Counted from the first letter of the stretch, positions 36,630-46,261 are shown. The stretch: DNA of 64,000 nt from Anaerolineae bacterium (GCA_016926255.1 JAFGOY010000009.1:28414-92413); one strand, 5' to 3'. Program-made: numbers and translations. The notes: a model not told the origin generated them from the sequence alone.

Positions 36630-37949
36630 ATGACTCGAAAGCGCGTCGTCATCATGGGGGCGGCTGGCCGGGACTTCCACAATTTCAACGTGTATTTCCG
36701 AGATAACGAGGCTTACGAAGTGGTGGCCTTCACCGCCACCCAGATTCCCGGCATCGAAGGGCGGCGATATCCACCCGAACTGGCCGGGAAACTCTACCCG
36801 GGAGGAATCCCGATCTACGAAGAAGCTTTGTTACCCTCGATTATTGTCGACGAGAAGATCGACGAGGTGATTTTCGCCTACAGCGATGTTCCGCACGAAT
36901 ATGTTATGCACAAGGCATCGCTGGTGCTGGCTGCCGGAGCCGACTACCGGCTGATGGGAGCCAACACGACGCGGATCAAGAGCAGCAAACCGGTGATCAG
37001 CGTGTGCGCGGTCAGAACCGGGGCGGGGAAAAGCCAGACGACACGGCACGTCGTTTCGATTTTGCGAGAGATGGGTCTGAAGGTTGTTTCGATACGACAC
37101 CCGATGCCCTACGGCGATCTCGTCAAACAGGCAGTGCAGCGCTTCGCCGATTACGGTGACCTCGACCGGCATAACTGCACCATCGAAGAGCGCGAGGAAT
37201 ACGAACCGCATATCGACCTGGGTGCGGTGATCTTTTCAGGCGTGGATTACGAGGCGATTTTACGCGAAGCCGAGAAGGAAGCCGATATCATCGTATGGGA
37301 CGGTGGAAACAATGACCTGCCGTTCTACGTGTCTGATCTCCATATCGTCGTCGCCGACCCGCACCGTCCAGGCCACGAACTGGCCTACCATCCCGGCGAA
37401 GCAAATCTCCGGATGGCGGACGTGGTGGTGATCAACAAAATCGATACCGCCGACTATGCCAACGTATTGACGGTGCTTTCAAATGTCCGGCAGATCAACC
37501 CTGAGGCCGCGATTATCCAGGGGGCATCGCCGATCTTTGTCGATAACCCGGAGGCGATAGCGGGCAAACGGGTGCTGGTAATCGAAGACGGGCCGACACT
37601 GACACACGGCAGCATGACCTACGGCGCGGGGGTCGTGGCGGCCAAACGCTTCGGGGCAAGCGAGATCATCGATCCGAGGCCGTTCGCGGTGCGGTCGATT
37701 CTGGGGACGTATGAGAAATACCCATTGACCGGCGCGATCCTCCCGGCGATGGGCTACGGCCAGGAGCAGATGGCCGATCTGGAGGAGACGATCAACCGGT
37801 CGGATGCCGATCTGGTGATCGCGGCCACCCCCATCGACCTGCGGCGGGTGATCGACATCGAGCTACCGATGGAACGGGTTCGCTACGAGCTACAGGTAAT
37901 CGGCACACCGACACTTCAGGATATCCTGAGCAAGAAGTTTGGCGCGTAG
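36630..37949 (+). CDS. COG2403-type predicted GTPase (cyclic 2,3-diphosphoglycerate synthetase-like)
   Basis: Walker A VRTGAGKSQT, Walker B IIVWDGGNND, NKxD (VINKID). The family assignment is from memory of archaeal homologues. Confidence 0.6.
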   Translation: MTRKRVVIMGAAGRDFHNFNVYFRDNEAYEVVAFTATQIPGIEGRRYPPELAGKLYPGGIPIYEEALLPSIIVDEKIDEVIFAYSDVPHEYVMHKASLVLAAGADYRLMGANTTRIKSSKPVISVCAVRTGAGKSQTTRHVVSILREMGLKVVSIRHPMPYGDLVKQAVQRFADYGDLDRHNCTIEEREEYEPHIDLGAVIFSGVDYEAILREAEKEADIIVWDGGNNDLPFYVSDLHIVVADPHRPGHELAYHPGEANLRMADVVVINKIDTADYANVLTVLSNVRQINPEAAIIQGASPIFVDNPEAIAGKRVLVIEDGPTLTHGSMTYGAGVVAAKRFGASEIIDPRPFAVRSILGTYEKYPLTGAILPAMGYGQEQMADLEETINRSDADLVIAATPIDLRRVIDIELPMERVRYELQVIGTPTLQDILSKKFGA

Positions 37950-38004
37950 AGATCGACAATGGGCACGGAACGCTGCGCCCATACGATCCGGCTGTTGAAT
38001 TCCG

Positions 38005-38034
38005 ACGAGCAGGTGATTTGCCTGCTCGTTTTGC
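38005..38034 (+). terminator. intrinsic terminator after the GTPase gene
   Basis: ACGAGCAGG/CCTGCTCGT 9-bp stem followed by TTTTG. Confidence 0.55.
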
Positions 38035-38039
38035 GTCCC

Positions 38040-38048
38040 TGGTATAAT
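38040..38048 (+). promoter_or_regulatory. extended -10 promoter element TGgTATAAT
   Basis: It ends 5 nt before GTG 38054 and 8 nt before ATG 38057. Confidence 0.5.
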
Positions 38049-38053
38049 CAACG

Positions 38054-38989
38054 GTGATGAACGAGGAGAACAGATCAGAACCAACGATCAACTGGACGCG
38101 GTTGGCCCGGTTATCGACTGCCGCCATTGCTTCGATCCCGGTGATAATCGTTCTCATCGCTGCCGGGCTGGGATGGATATATACACGCGCCGTCCTGCAT
38201 CCCGGCTGCCAGGGCGATTTCGCCAGCCTGGACGAGTACGGGTATCCATCAGCGGAAGTATCGTTCGAGTCTCGAAATGGGCCAACGCTGCGCGGGTGGT
38301 TCTCGGAGGGGAGCGACCATCCGGAGATCGCGATCATCGTCATGCCGGGGCACGCAGGAAACACCCGGTCAGCCCTGGGCGACGCCGCCCTGCTTGCAAG
38401 GCATGGATACAGCACACTGGTCTTTGAACACCGATCATGTACCTCACCCTCACTAACAGCCAGTACGGGCTTCTGGGAGGCCCAGGATGCGTTAGGGGCG
38501 GTCGATTATTTGCAGACGAGGGCCGATGTAGCCCACATCGGCGCGATGGGGTTCTCGGAGGGTGGAACGGCGGTGCTGATGGCCGCCGCCGAGGAACCTG
38601 CAATCGAGGCGGTTGCCCCGATGGGGGGATATGCTGATCTGAAAGACGACATCCTCGATCCGGACGACAAACTCGACTGGTTTTCCCGGATGGTTCGATT
38701 TACTATCGTCTGGTGGTTCCGGGTAGAAGGCGTCCCGGTCAACAAATCCAGCCCGGTGGCGGTGATCGATCAGATCAGCCCGCGCCCGGTGTTTCTGATC
38801 TACGGCGAACTCGAAGGCTCCGGGCAGCAGTTATATGACGCCGCTGAGGAACCGAAATCGCTGTGGATCGTCCCCGAAACCGGGCACGGGGGCTATGGCA
38901 TCACGCATCCGGAGGAATACGAGCAGCGGATCGTGAGTTTTTTTGATGAGTCATTTAACGTTTGTGAGGACTGCCCCCTACCCCAATGA
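38054..38989 (+). CDS. alpha/beta hydrolase (dienelactone hydrolase / S9-like) with an N-terminal TM
   Basis: Nucleophile elbow GFSEGG and C-terminal PETGHG. Confidence 0.8.
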   Translation: MMNEENRSEPTINWTRLARLSTAAIASIPVIIVLIAAGLGWIYTRAVLHPGCQGDFASLDEYGYPSAEVSFESRNGPTLRGWFSEGSDHPEIAIIVMPGHAGNTRSALGDAALLARHGYSTLVFEHRSCTSPSLTASTGFWEAQDALGAVDYLQTRADVAHIGAMGFSEGGTAVLMAAAEEPAIEAVAPMGGYADLKDDILDPDDKLDWFSRMVRFTIVWWFRVEGVPVNKSSPVAVIDQISPRPVFLIYGELEGSGQQLYDAAEEPKSLWIVPETGHGGYGITHPEEYEQRIVSFFDESFNVCEDCPLPQ

Positions 38990-39801
38990 CATATAACCCG
39001 ATACTCAAAAAGATAACGTCCGGATTAATAGTTGCCACACTGCTGCTGGTGGGGTGCGGTTCGGCATCGATTCGGCGGCTGCCCGATCTGCCGACAAAGA
39101 CGCCATACCCGTTCGTCACGGCGACGACCGGGGCGACGACGACGGCGACGGTATACGCCGAGACGCCGACGCCATCTCCAACGGTTGTACGCACGATCCC
39201 GCCAAGCCCGACTACCGCGCCATCCGAGAGCGTGCTGCCAACGGCAGAACCCTCAGAAACGCCAAACCCGACCGAAACAAGCATCGCGCAGAAAGTCTGC
39301 CCGACACTGCCCGCCGGGGCAATCAGAACGGTCTACGAGACAATTACGGAACTGCCGACGATCATCGGCTGCGCCGTCGCCCCGGAAGACAATCCCGATC
39401 AACTGGTATGGGGAGTCGAAGCGCGGTTCCAGCCGATGGAACGCGGCCACATGCTGTGGCTGAACCGCATCGGGTGGTATGAGGGACAGGTTATCATCGT
39501 CCTGCTGGAAGATCACACAACATCGCGTTATGAGGACACCTACATCGCGGGGGTCGATGCACGCAGCGGCGGACCAACTCCACCGGAAGGACTGTACCAA
39601 CCGGTCGAAAGCCTGGGGAAAGTCTGGCGGTTGATCCCGGGATTGTCAGACGACCTGGGGTTCGGAATCGAACTGCAGAAGAAAATCGACGCGAAGATGA
39701 CGCTGTTCGAACAGGGCGAGATCATCTACCTGCCCGGCGTCGAAGTGGTATTCGTGATCACTCGTGGAGAAACCGTTCGCTGGGATGGCTATTCGCTGTA
39801 A
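38986..39801 (+). CDS. lipoprotein with a T/P-rich linker, unknown C-terminal domain
   Basis: Lipobox LVGC and a 60-aa T/P/S-rich tract. ATGA overlap with the hydrolase gene. Confidence 0.7.
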   Translation: MTYNPILKKITSGLIVATLLLVGCGSASIRRLPDLPTKTPYPFVTATTGATTTATVYAETPTPSPTVVRTIPPSPTTAPSESVLPTAEPSETPNPTETSIAQKVCPTLPAGAIRTVYETITELPTIIGCAVAPEDNPDQLVWGVEARFQPMERGHMLWLNRIGWYEGQVIIVLLEDHTTSRYEDTYIAGVDARSGGPTPPEGLYQPVESLGKVWRLIPGLSDDLGFGIELQKKIDAKMTLFEQGEIIYLPGVEVVFVITRGETVRWDGYSL

Positions 39802-39871
39802 GCTGGCAAAACGAAAGCGATGGACACCACCCCCAGGGCCCATCGCTTCCACACCCGGATTCGAGCGTCGA

Positions 39872-40657
39872 TTATGAACGCTCGTTAGGTGGAATGATCC
39901 ACTGATCGTCGTCGGAAGATTGGCCGGACGCCCCACCCTGCTCGTTGGGGGGCAGGATCGAACGGTAGGAACCTTCGATGATCGGGCCTTTGGGTTTACG
40001 GCTGCGCTGGGCGCTGGCCGACACGTCATCAGCCACGTTCTTGACTTCCTGAGCGGCACTCGCCATGAACTTCTTGATCCCCGCCCAGACTTTGTTGGTC
40101 ACAAACTCGTCGGCTTTCGCCAGCAGATTCTTCATCGTGACCAGAACATCGTCGTCACCGTCCCAGTACTGGCGGAGGACATCTTCACCGGCCTGGCCCA
40201 TCGCCTGCACGACGCGGTTGATCGCATACATCCCGACAATCGCATCATCGATCAGGCCAGCAGGCCCCATCACCGCCTCCGGCATCAGGTCAACCGGGAT
40301 GATGATATAAGCCGATGCCGCCGCGATCTCAGCCTTCAGAGCGGCAGAAACCTGCGGATCACCCATCAGGCGAATGAACAGGGCCATGATATCGGGAACG
40401 AGCAGGACATATTTCGTGATCTCGTTGCCCGCCCCGGCATTCTGCGCCCAGTTCACGATCTTGGCACGGGTCCGCTGGTAGAAATCCTCGGCATGCATCA
40501 GGCTGAATTCATTCACCTTCGGCACGACGGCTTTCGGCTGGACATCCGCCGGGGGACGGTCGATATCCAGATAATCATAGTTGACGCCACGAATCGGCTC
40601 CGAACCCCAGGGGGTCGGGCCGAGATTACTCTTTTTTCCTTGATTCTGATCCACCAC
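39872..40657 (-). CDS. DUF1232 (YkvA-like) domain protein
   Basis: YIIIPVDLMPEAVMGPAGLIDDAIV motif. GTG start with an AAGGGAGAG SD. Confidence 0.7.
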   Translation of the reverse strand: MVDQNQGKKSNLGPTPWGSEPIRGVNYDYLDIDRPPADVQPKAVVPKVNEFSLMHAEDFYQRTRAKIVNWAQNAGAGNEITKYVLLVPDIMALFIRLMGDPQVSAALKAEIAAASAYIIIPVDLMPEAVMGPAGLIDDAIVGMYAINRVVQAMGQAGEDVLRQYWDGDDDVLVTMKNLLAKADEFVTNKVWAGIKKFMASAAQEVKNVADDVSASAQRSRKPKGPIIEGSYRSILPPNEQGGASGQSSDDDQWIIPPNERS

Positions 40658-40751
40658 GACTCTGCTCTCCCTTAACTACGTGTGTGTATTCATCTTTCTA
40701 TACGTAATTACTATAGCAGAAGTTGCTTCTTTACGTCGCACGGATGGCACA

Positions 40752-40789
40752 GGTAAGCAGCAAACGTGCGGAGGAAATCCCCCGCACGT
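40752..40789 (-). terminator. intrinsic terminator after the PHP-AlbA_2 gene
   Basis: On the minus strand, ACGTGCGGGGGA-TT-TCCTCCGCACGT followed by TTGCTGCTT. Confidence 0.55.
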
Positions 40790-40835
40790 CCGGAAAACAT
40801 TTCTTCACGATGCGCTAGCTGACCGAATTGCCGGC

Positions 40836-42584
40836 TCAGTCATCGTCTTCCATGCCAAGCAGCTCGCGCCAGGCCGCATGGGAACTATCCTGGATGCCGT
40901 CCTCGGTTACCCCAAAATAGACCCGTATGGTGCCATTGTCGCGCTGCGCGAGATCGTGGCGGGTTTTCCCGCCCTTGGTATATGACTGGATATGGGCAAT
41001 CGAACCATGCCAGTTGAACTTCTTCGGGTTGACCTTGCCGCCTTCAGTCTGGGTAATGGCATAGTGCCAGAGCTTCCGTGCCGACTGGCGGGTCACATTG
41101 CGAACAATGTTGCCATTCCGCAGATCACGCAGGGCGTGATAGGTCGAATCGCTGCGCTTTTCGGTAGCGACGATCTCGACACCAGTGCGCGGCGCTTCAA
41201 TCACCGCCCCCGGCGTGTGGGAAGGTTTTTCGTCAGGATCATCCGCTGCGGGGATCGTTTCCGGCGCTGCGCCCTCAACCGCAGGCCCTCTGGCGACAAG
41301 CTGCACGATCTCGTCACGGACGGCCAGACCGGTATCATTGTCGTCACGGACGTATATCTTGTTGTCGTCAATCGCGTAGGGCGGTTCCGATCCGACCGGC
41401 ACCTGCACCCGGATGACCGAGACATCCTCGGTTTTCAGCACATCGACTTCGGCAGTGACCGGCGGCGTGATCTTGCGATGTATCTCCGCCCGGAGTTGTT
41501 CAACCGACTGGCCGATATTCTGCACACCGACTGGCTTCACCTTCGGGTTCGACGATACACCGATATAAAGCGTGCCGCCATTGGTATTGGCAAAGGCACA
41601 GATATCGGCGATGATGGCATACAGACGCCCACCCCGCACTGACATGCTTTCATGGAACTCCTGAACGATGGAGGCGCCTTCCTGCCGGGCAGCCAGGACA
41701 TGGTCGAAGGGCGCGGTAGTGCTGCCTCGATAGGGGCGAGTCAGGGCGAAGTCTGAGCCAGCAAGCACTTCATACAGCGCTTCGAAGCTCAGCTCCGGCA
41801 GGAGAATCTCGGTGACACGCTCGCCAACCCCCAGGCTTTTTGGGTTGCGAGGATCGCGTTCGAGATGATGAGCATCGGAACCCTGGATGCAGCGCATCGG
41901 GCGGGGGTATTCGGGCTTTGAACCGTCGAAAAAACGCTGAGTCGTACGGCGCCCCCGCCGATCCAGATCGGTGACCTCAAGGGCAAATAGGTTGGGGTCC
42001 TGCGTATAGGCGATACGTGTCTGTCCACCGAAGTTCATACCGCGCATGGCAACGCCATTGCTTGAGTTAGCATGGGCGGCAATCGCCATACCGCCAGCAT
42101 GACGGATCGCCGCGTAAGCGGTCAATACATCAGACGACGCCCCGACATGAGTCTCACCGGTATCCAGATACCGGGAGTCGATATTCAGGTCGAGCAGCAG
42201 GTGCTCCAGAATACGAACGTCGATTTGTGGGGAGAATACTCCTAAAATATGAAAGCCAAATGTAGCCGTAAATTCAAAACCGGGCAGGATCAACATCTTT
42301 TCGAACAAACGATTGTATTCGTTAAGCTGGAGCTGCTCTTCGGAATTAATTCGTCCCGACTTCGCCAGCCATTCCAGATGTGTAATTTCTTCCAGCATCT
42401 CCCGGTAGCCCCGGACCGTATTATGGTCATTAAAGGAAATAATGTTGAGGCCTCGCCGCTCAGCCTGCTGCAAAATGTCTAAATACGAAACACCAGGCTG
42501 CTGATAATCGCTGGAAGCAGGTGTATGGAGATGCAAATCCATCCGGTACCACTGCTTATTCTTTTGTTGTGTTTTTCTATTCAC
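40836..42584 (-). CDS. PHP-domain phosphoesterase fused to an AlbA_2 (Schlafen-type) domain and an unknown C-terminal domain
   Basis: PHP motifs DLHLHTP, FNDHN, GFEFT, AAHANS, GSDAHH. AlbA_2 block ICAFANTNGGTLYIGV. The last ~130 aa match nothing I recognise. Confidence 0.8.
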   Translation of the reverse strand: MNRKTQQKNKQWYRMDLHLHTPASSDYQQPGVSYLDILQQAERRGLNIISFNDHNTVRGYREMLEEITHLEWLAKSGRINSEEQLQLNEYNRLFEKMLILPGFEFTATFGFHILGVFSPQIDVRILEHLLLDLNIDSRYLDTGETHVGASSDVLTAYAAIRHAGGMAIAAHANSSNGVAMRGMNFGGQTRIAYTQDPNLFALEVTDLDRRGRRTTQRFFDGSKPEYPRPMRCIQGSDAHHLERDPRNPKSLGVGERVTEILLPELSFEALYEVLAGSDFALTRPYRGSTTAPFDHVLAARQEGASIVQEFHESMSVRGGRLYAIIADICAFANTNGGTLYIGVSSNPKVKPVGVQNIGQSVEQLRAEIHRKITPPVTAEVDVLKTEDVSVIRVQVPVGSEPPYAIDDNKIYVRDDNDTGLAVRDEIVQLVARGPAVEGAAPETIPAADDPDEKPSHTPGAVIEAPRTGVEIVATEKRSDSTYHALRDLRNGNIVRNVTRQSARKLWHYAITQTEGGKVNPKKFNWHGSIAHIQSYTKGGKTRHDLAQRDNGTIRVYFGVTEDGIQDSSHAAWRELLGMEDDD

Positions 42585-42619
42585 TTTCCAATTCCGCTTC
42601 CTTTCAAAACTGGTTCCAA

Positions 42620-42649
42620 TTTATACGTAAAATACCGACCTTAATACAA
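42620..42649 (-). promoter_or_regulatory. candidate promoter of the PHP-AlbA_2 gene
   Basis: On the minus strand, TTGTAT-N18-TATAAA in an AT-rich spacer directly after the receiver-gene stop. Confidence 0.45.
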
Positions 42650-42659
42650 AATCACACTC

Positions 42660-43019
42660 CTAGGCTATATCTAATAATTCTTTCAAAATATCAACCAGAT
42701 CGGATGGATCGAAAGGTTTAATCAGGAAATGATTGGCTCCTGCCTCAACAGCAGCATCTTCCCTCTCCATTCCAGAGGCCATCACGACCGGGGTCTGACC
42801 AAACGGTTCCTGCGCACGCAGCCAACGAACAAAATCGGTGCCTTCACTATCCGCAAGGTGAAAATCCACGAGAAAGGCATCGGGGATAATATCCATCGCT
42901 ACCCGGCAGCCCGATACACTGTCAGGGACTACTTCAACAGAGAAACCATCCAGTTCGAGCAGAGTTTTCAATAAACTAACCGTTGTCCGGTCATCATCAA
43001 CAATCAATACAGTTGGCAC
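42660..43019 (-). CDS. stand-alone response-regulator receiver (CheY-like)
   Basis: LIVDDD, LVDFHL (phospho-acceptor Asp), VVMASG, FLIKPF. The GTG start overlaps the lon stop. Confidence 0.88.
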   Translation of the reverse strand: MPTVLIVDDDRTTVSLLKTLLELDGFSVEVVPDSVSGCRVAMDIIPDAFLVDFHLADSEGTDFVRWLRAQEPFGQTPVVMASGMEREDAAVEAGANHFLIKPFDPSDLVDILKELLDIA

Positions 43020-45643
43020 TATTCAACTCCTTCCGTTTCCTGCGATTCAGGTACAGGATCACCTGCGCAGGGTTCATTTTTAAAACCATCATCCTGGCTG
43101 CCAGGCAGAGGATCGGCAAGCGCCGCCTCCAAAACCTGATCGACATCCTCTACCAGCACAAATTTCATCTCATTGCGAATTTCCTCTGGAATATCGTCCA
43201 GGTCTTTCTCATTGCGGGCCGGTAATATGACTGTCCCAAGACCAAACCGGTGAGCCGCCAGAACTTTTTCCTTGACACCGCCAATCGGGAGCACCTGGCC
43301 GCGCAGGGTGATCTCACCCGTCATCGCGACCTCGCTCTTTACCGGACGCCGTGTCAACAGCGAAGCGAGCGCCGTTGCCATCGTAATACCCGCCGACGGG
43401 CCATCTTTCGAAACGGCACCAGCGGGCACATGAAGGTGAATATCGTTGTTAGAAAACCACTGGTCGTCGATGTCGAGTTCGGACGAACGCGCCCGGATAT
43501 AGCTCAGAGCAGCACGCGCGCTTTCCTGCATGACGTTACCCAACTGTCCGGTCAGGGTAAATCCCTTGCTGCCGGGCATACGGGCCGCCTCGATAAAGAC
43601 GATGTCTCCACCAACCGGAGTCCAGACCAGACCGGTCGCTACCCCCGGCACACAGGTGCGCTCTTCGATCTCGGTAATATTATGGTACTTTGGCTTACCA
43701 AGATATTCACGAACAAGATCAGAGTCGATTTCGATTGCCTCGATTTTATTCTCGGCTATCTGCGTGACGACCTTCCGGCAAACCGCGCCGATTTCCCGTT
43801 CAAGGTTACGAACACCAGCCTCACGGGTATGGTCACGAATGGTGGTCATGAGCGCTTCGTCGGAAAAGGCGACCTCTTCAGACCGTAGGCCGTTTTCGCG
43901 TATCTGCCGGGGAACGAGATATTCCTGGGCAATCTGTACCTTTTCGCCCTCGGTATAGCCTGACAACTGAAGCACTTCCATCCGGTCACGCAGCGGGCCA
44001 GGGATCGGCTCTAACTGGTTGGCAGTCGTGATGAACATCACCTGCGACAGGTCAAAGGGAACATCCAGGTAATGATCGCGGAATTCCACGTTCTGCTCAG
44101 GGTCAAGCACTTCAAGCAAAGCGGAAGCCGGATCACCCCGAAAGTCCATCCCCAGCTTATCGATCTCGTCGAGCATGATGACCGGATTGCGGCTGCCGAT
44201 ACGGCGCAGCACCTGAACGATCCGGCCCGGCATAGCGCCGATATAGGTCCGGCGGTGGCCCCTGATCTCGGCCTCGTCACGCACCCCACCCAGGCTCATC
44301 CGGGAGAACTTCCGACCCATTGCCCGCGCAATCGACGCGCCCAGCGAAGTTTTCCCCACACCGGGAGGGCCGACAAAACACAGGATCACGCCTTCACGAA
44401 TCCGGCGGATCAGGTCTTGAGAAGCTTCGTCGGCGGCCTGAAGTTCATCAGCCCGCTCAAGGCGCAGCTTGCGGACGGCCAGATATTCGAGTATGCGCTC
44501 TTTGATATCGTCCAGGCCATAGTGATCTTCATCGAGAACCTTCCGCGCATGGGCGATATCGAGGTTGTCTTCGGTCGATTCACTCCAGGGGAGCGATACC
44601 AGCCAATCGAGATAGGTACGGATGACCCCATATTCCGCCGCCGCCGTCGGCAGCTTCGAGAGGCGATCAAGCTCGCGGCGGGCCTCTTTCTCGGCCTCAT
44701 CGGACATGCCGGACTTGTCGATCTTCTGCCGGAATTCTTCCGCTTCCAACTGCTGCTCATCGCTCTCACCCAGCTCGCGCTGGATCGCTTTAAGCTGTTC
44801 GCGGAGGAAATACTCCCGCTGCACTTTATCGATTTCAAGCTGGGCATCGGCCTGGATTTTCCGACCCAGTTCGAGGACTTCAAGCTCTTTCCCCATCAAG
44901 CCCATGAGGATGCGCAGCTTGTTGATTGTGCTGTCTTCCTCGATAATCTTCTGCGCATCATCGAGATCGATGCGCATGTAAGTGGCAATGGTATAGACCA
45001 ACTGGAGTGGGTCTTCGATTCCCAGGGCGGTAGCCAGCAGTTCATCCGGGATGCTGGGGATCAATTCGCCCAACTGCCGGAACTGCTCAGAGACGTTGCG
45101 CATCAACGCCTCGACTTCAATGCCGGTTTCCACATTTTCGGGGATGCGCGTTACGCGGGCCTTTAGATAAGGTTCTGTTTCTATATACTCATCGACCTTG
45201 ATCCGGGCCAAACCCTGAACAAGCAGCCGGATCGTCCCATCGGGGGCACGAAACAGCCGGTGAACCGCTGCGATTGTCCCGATTTTGTGGATATCTTCGG
45301 GCGGCGGTTCCTCGTCTTCCGGGTTGTGGCTGGCAACCAGGCCGATCACCCGCTCTGCCGCGACAACGTCATCGACCAGTCGGATTGAACGAGGCTGCCC
45401 GACCATCAGGGGGACAGCCGTGTGTGGGTAGACAACCAGACCGCGCAGTGGAAGGATTGGCAGTTCGTCGGGGATTTCTAATTCGTCGTCAACCGGATCG
45501 CCATTTGACGAATCCGCTTTCCGGGATGATTTATCAGGATCAACAAGAGTAATCGGCGAGAGTGTTCCGTTTTCCTGTGTGTTTTCTAGCTGTGTTTGTT
45601 CTTCGTTCAATTCATTATCGTCTGCCGACATTAAATGCTCCAA
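43019..45643 (-). CDS. lon: ATP-dependent Lon protease
   Basis: LON N-domain, GPPGVGKTS Walker A, and PKDGPSAG-type catalytic Ser block ([12 protein letters not shown]). Confidence 0.96.
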   Translation of the reverse strand: MEHLMSADDNELNEEQTQLENTQENGTLSPITLVDPDKSSRKADSSNGDPVDDELEIPDELPILPLRGLVVYPHTAVPLMVGQPRSIRLVDDVVAAERVIGLVASHNPEDEEPPPEDIHKIGTIAAVHRLFRAPDGTIRLLVQGLARIKVDEYIETEPYLKARVTRIPENVETGIEVEALMRNVSEQFRQLGELIPSIPDELLATALGIEDPLQLVYTIATYMRIDLDDAQKIIEEDSTINKLRILMGLMGKELEVLELGRKIQADAQLEIDKVQREYFLREQLKAIQRELGESDEQQLEAEEFRQKIDKSGMSDEAEKEARRELDRLSKLPTAAAEYGVIRTYLDWLVSLPWSESTEDNLDIAHARKVLDEDHYGLDDIKERILEYLAVRKLRLERADELQAADEASQDLIRRIREGVILCFVGPPGVGKTSLGASIARAMGRKFSRMSLGGVRDEAEIRGHRRTYIGAMPGRIVQVLRRIGSRNPVIMLDEIDKLGMDFRGDPASALLEVLDPEQNVEFRDHYLDVPFDLSQVMFITTANQLEPIPGPLRDRMEVLQLSGYTEGEKVQIAQEYLVPRQIRENGLRSEEVAFSDEALMTTIRDHTREAGVRNLEREIGAVCRKVVTQIAENKIEAIEIDSDLVREYLGKPKYHNITEIEERTCVPGVATGLVWTPVGGDIVFIEAARMPGSKGFTLTGQLGNVMQESARAALSYIRARSSELDIDDQWFSNNDIHLHVPAGAVSKDGPSAGITMATALASLLTRRPVKSEVAMTGEITLRGQVLPIGGVKEKVLAAHRFGLGTVILPARNEKDLDDIPEEIRNEMKFVLVEDVDQVLEAALADPLPGSQDDGFKNEPCAGDPVPESQETEGVE

Positions 45644-45683
45644 TAAAAAGCAGTAATCACCGGCTCAGTCATAGGGCAGATTA

Positions 45684-46133
45684 TCAAGATTCATCTTGAC
45701 TTTTGTTGACAGCAATGACATGGACCTTTTCAGGTTTTGCCCTGGGCAGTTCGACGCGGAGGTATCCATCGTCATACTGCGCAGTAATCCCATTTTCGTC
45801 AACCGGCCAGGGAAGGTTCACCTCAGAAAGAAACTCGCCATAGCGAACTTCCAACTGATGGTAGGCAGAGCAGTGATGTTCCCTGGTTGCCCTGGTTCCG
45901 GTAATAGCAAGCCGCTGCCCGCTGATCGATACCTGGAACTCGGCATCCCGCATTCCGGCAATCTCAACCAGCACGATCAACCGATCGTCTTTTTCCATCA
46001 CGTCTGTTGGAGGACTCCAGCTTTGCGAATGCCGAAACACGACATACTGCTGCCCCCTCATCAGAACTTGGTAGCGAGCGCCTGACCTATCCTCCGATAG
46101 ATTGGCGGTGTCGTTCTCCTTTTTGGCCGACAT
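45684..46133 (-). CDS. Hsp20/alpha-crystallin small heat-shock protein
   Basis: Alpha-crystallin core (PPTDVMEKDDRLIVLVEIAGM...LEVRYGEF...LRVELP). Confidence 0.88.
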   Translation of the reverse strand: MSAKKENDTANLSEDRSGARYQVLMRGQQYVVFRHSQSWSPPTDVMEKDDRLIVLVEIAGMRDAEFQVSISGQRLAITGTRATREHHCSAYHQLEVRYGEFLSEVNLPWPVDENGITAQYDDGYLRVELPRAKPEKVHVIAVNKSQDES

Positions 46134-46202
46134 CAGAAACTCCTAGAACCAGTTGACGGCATAGACCCGGATACACGGTTATTAAACCGTGTCTAATTTA
46201 CA

Positions 46203-46229
46203 TTTAGCGATCCCGTATTGATCGCTAAA
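46203..46229. promoter_or_regulatory. CIRCE-like inverted repeat TTTAGCGATC-N7-GATCGCTAAA
   Basis: A perfect 10-bp inverted repeat starting 4 nt downstream of the hsp20 -10 box. Confidence 0.5.
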
Positions 46230-46233
46230 CCTG

Positions 46234-46261
46234 ATTGTACCACACGCTACAGGCCAAACAA
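46234..46261 (-). promoter_or_regulatory. promoter of hsp20-lon
   Basis: On the minus strand, TTGTTT-N16-TACAAT with an upstream TGg (extended -10). Confidence 0.55.
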
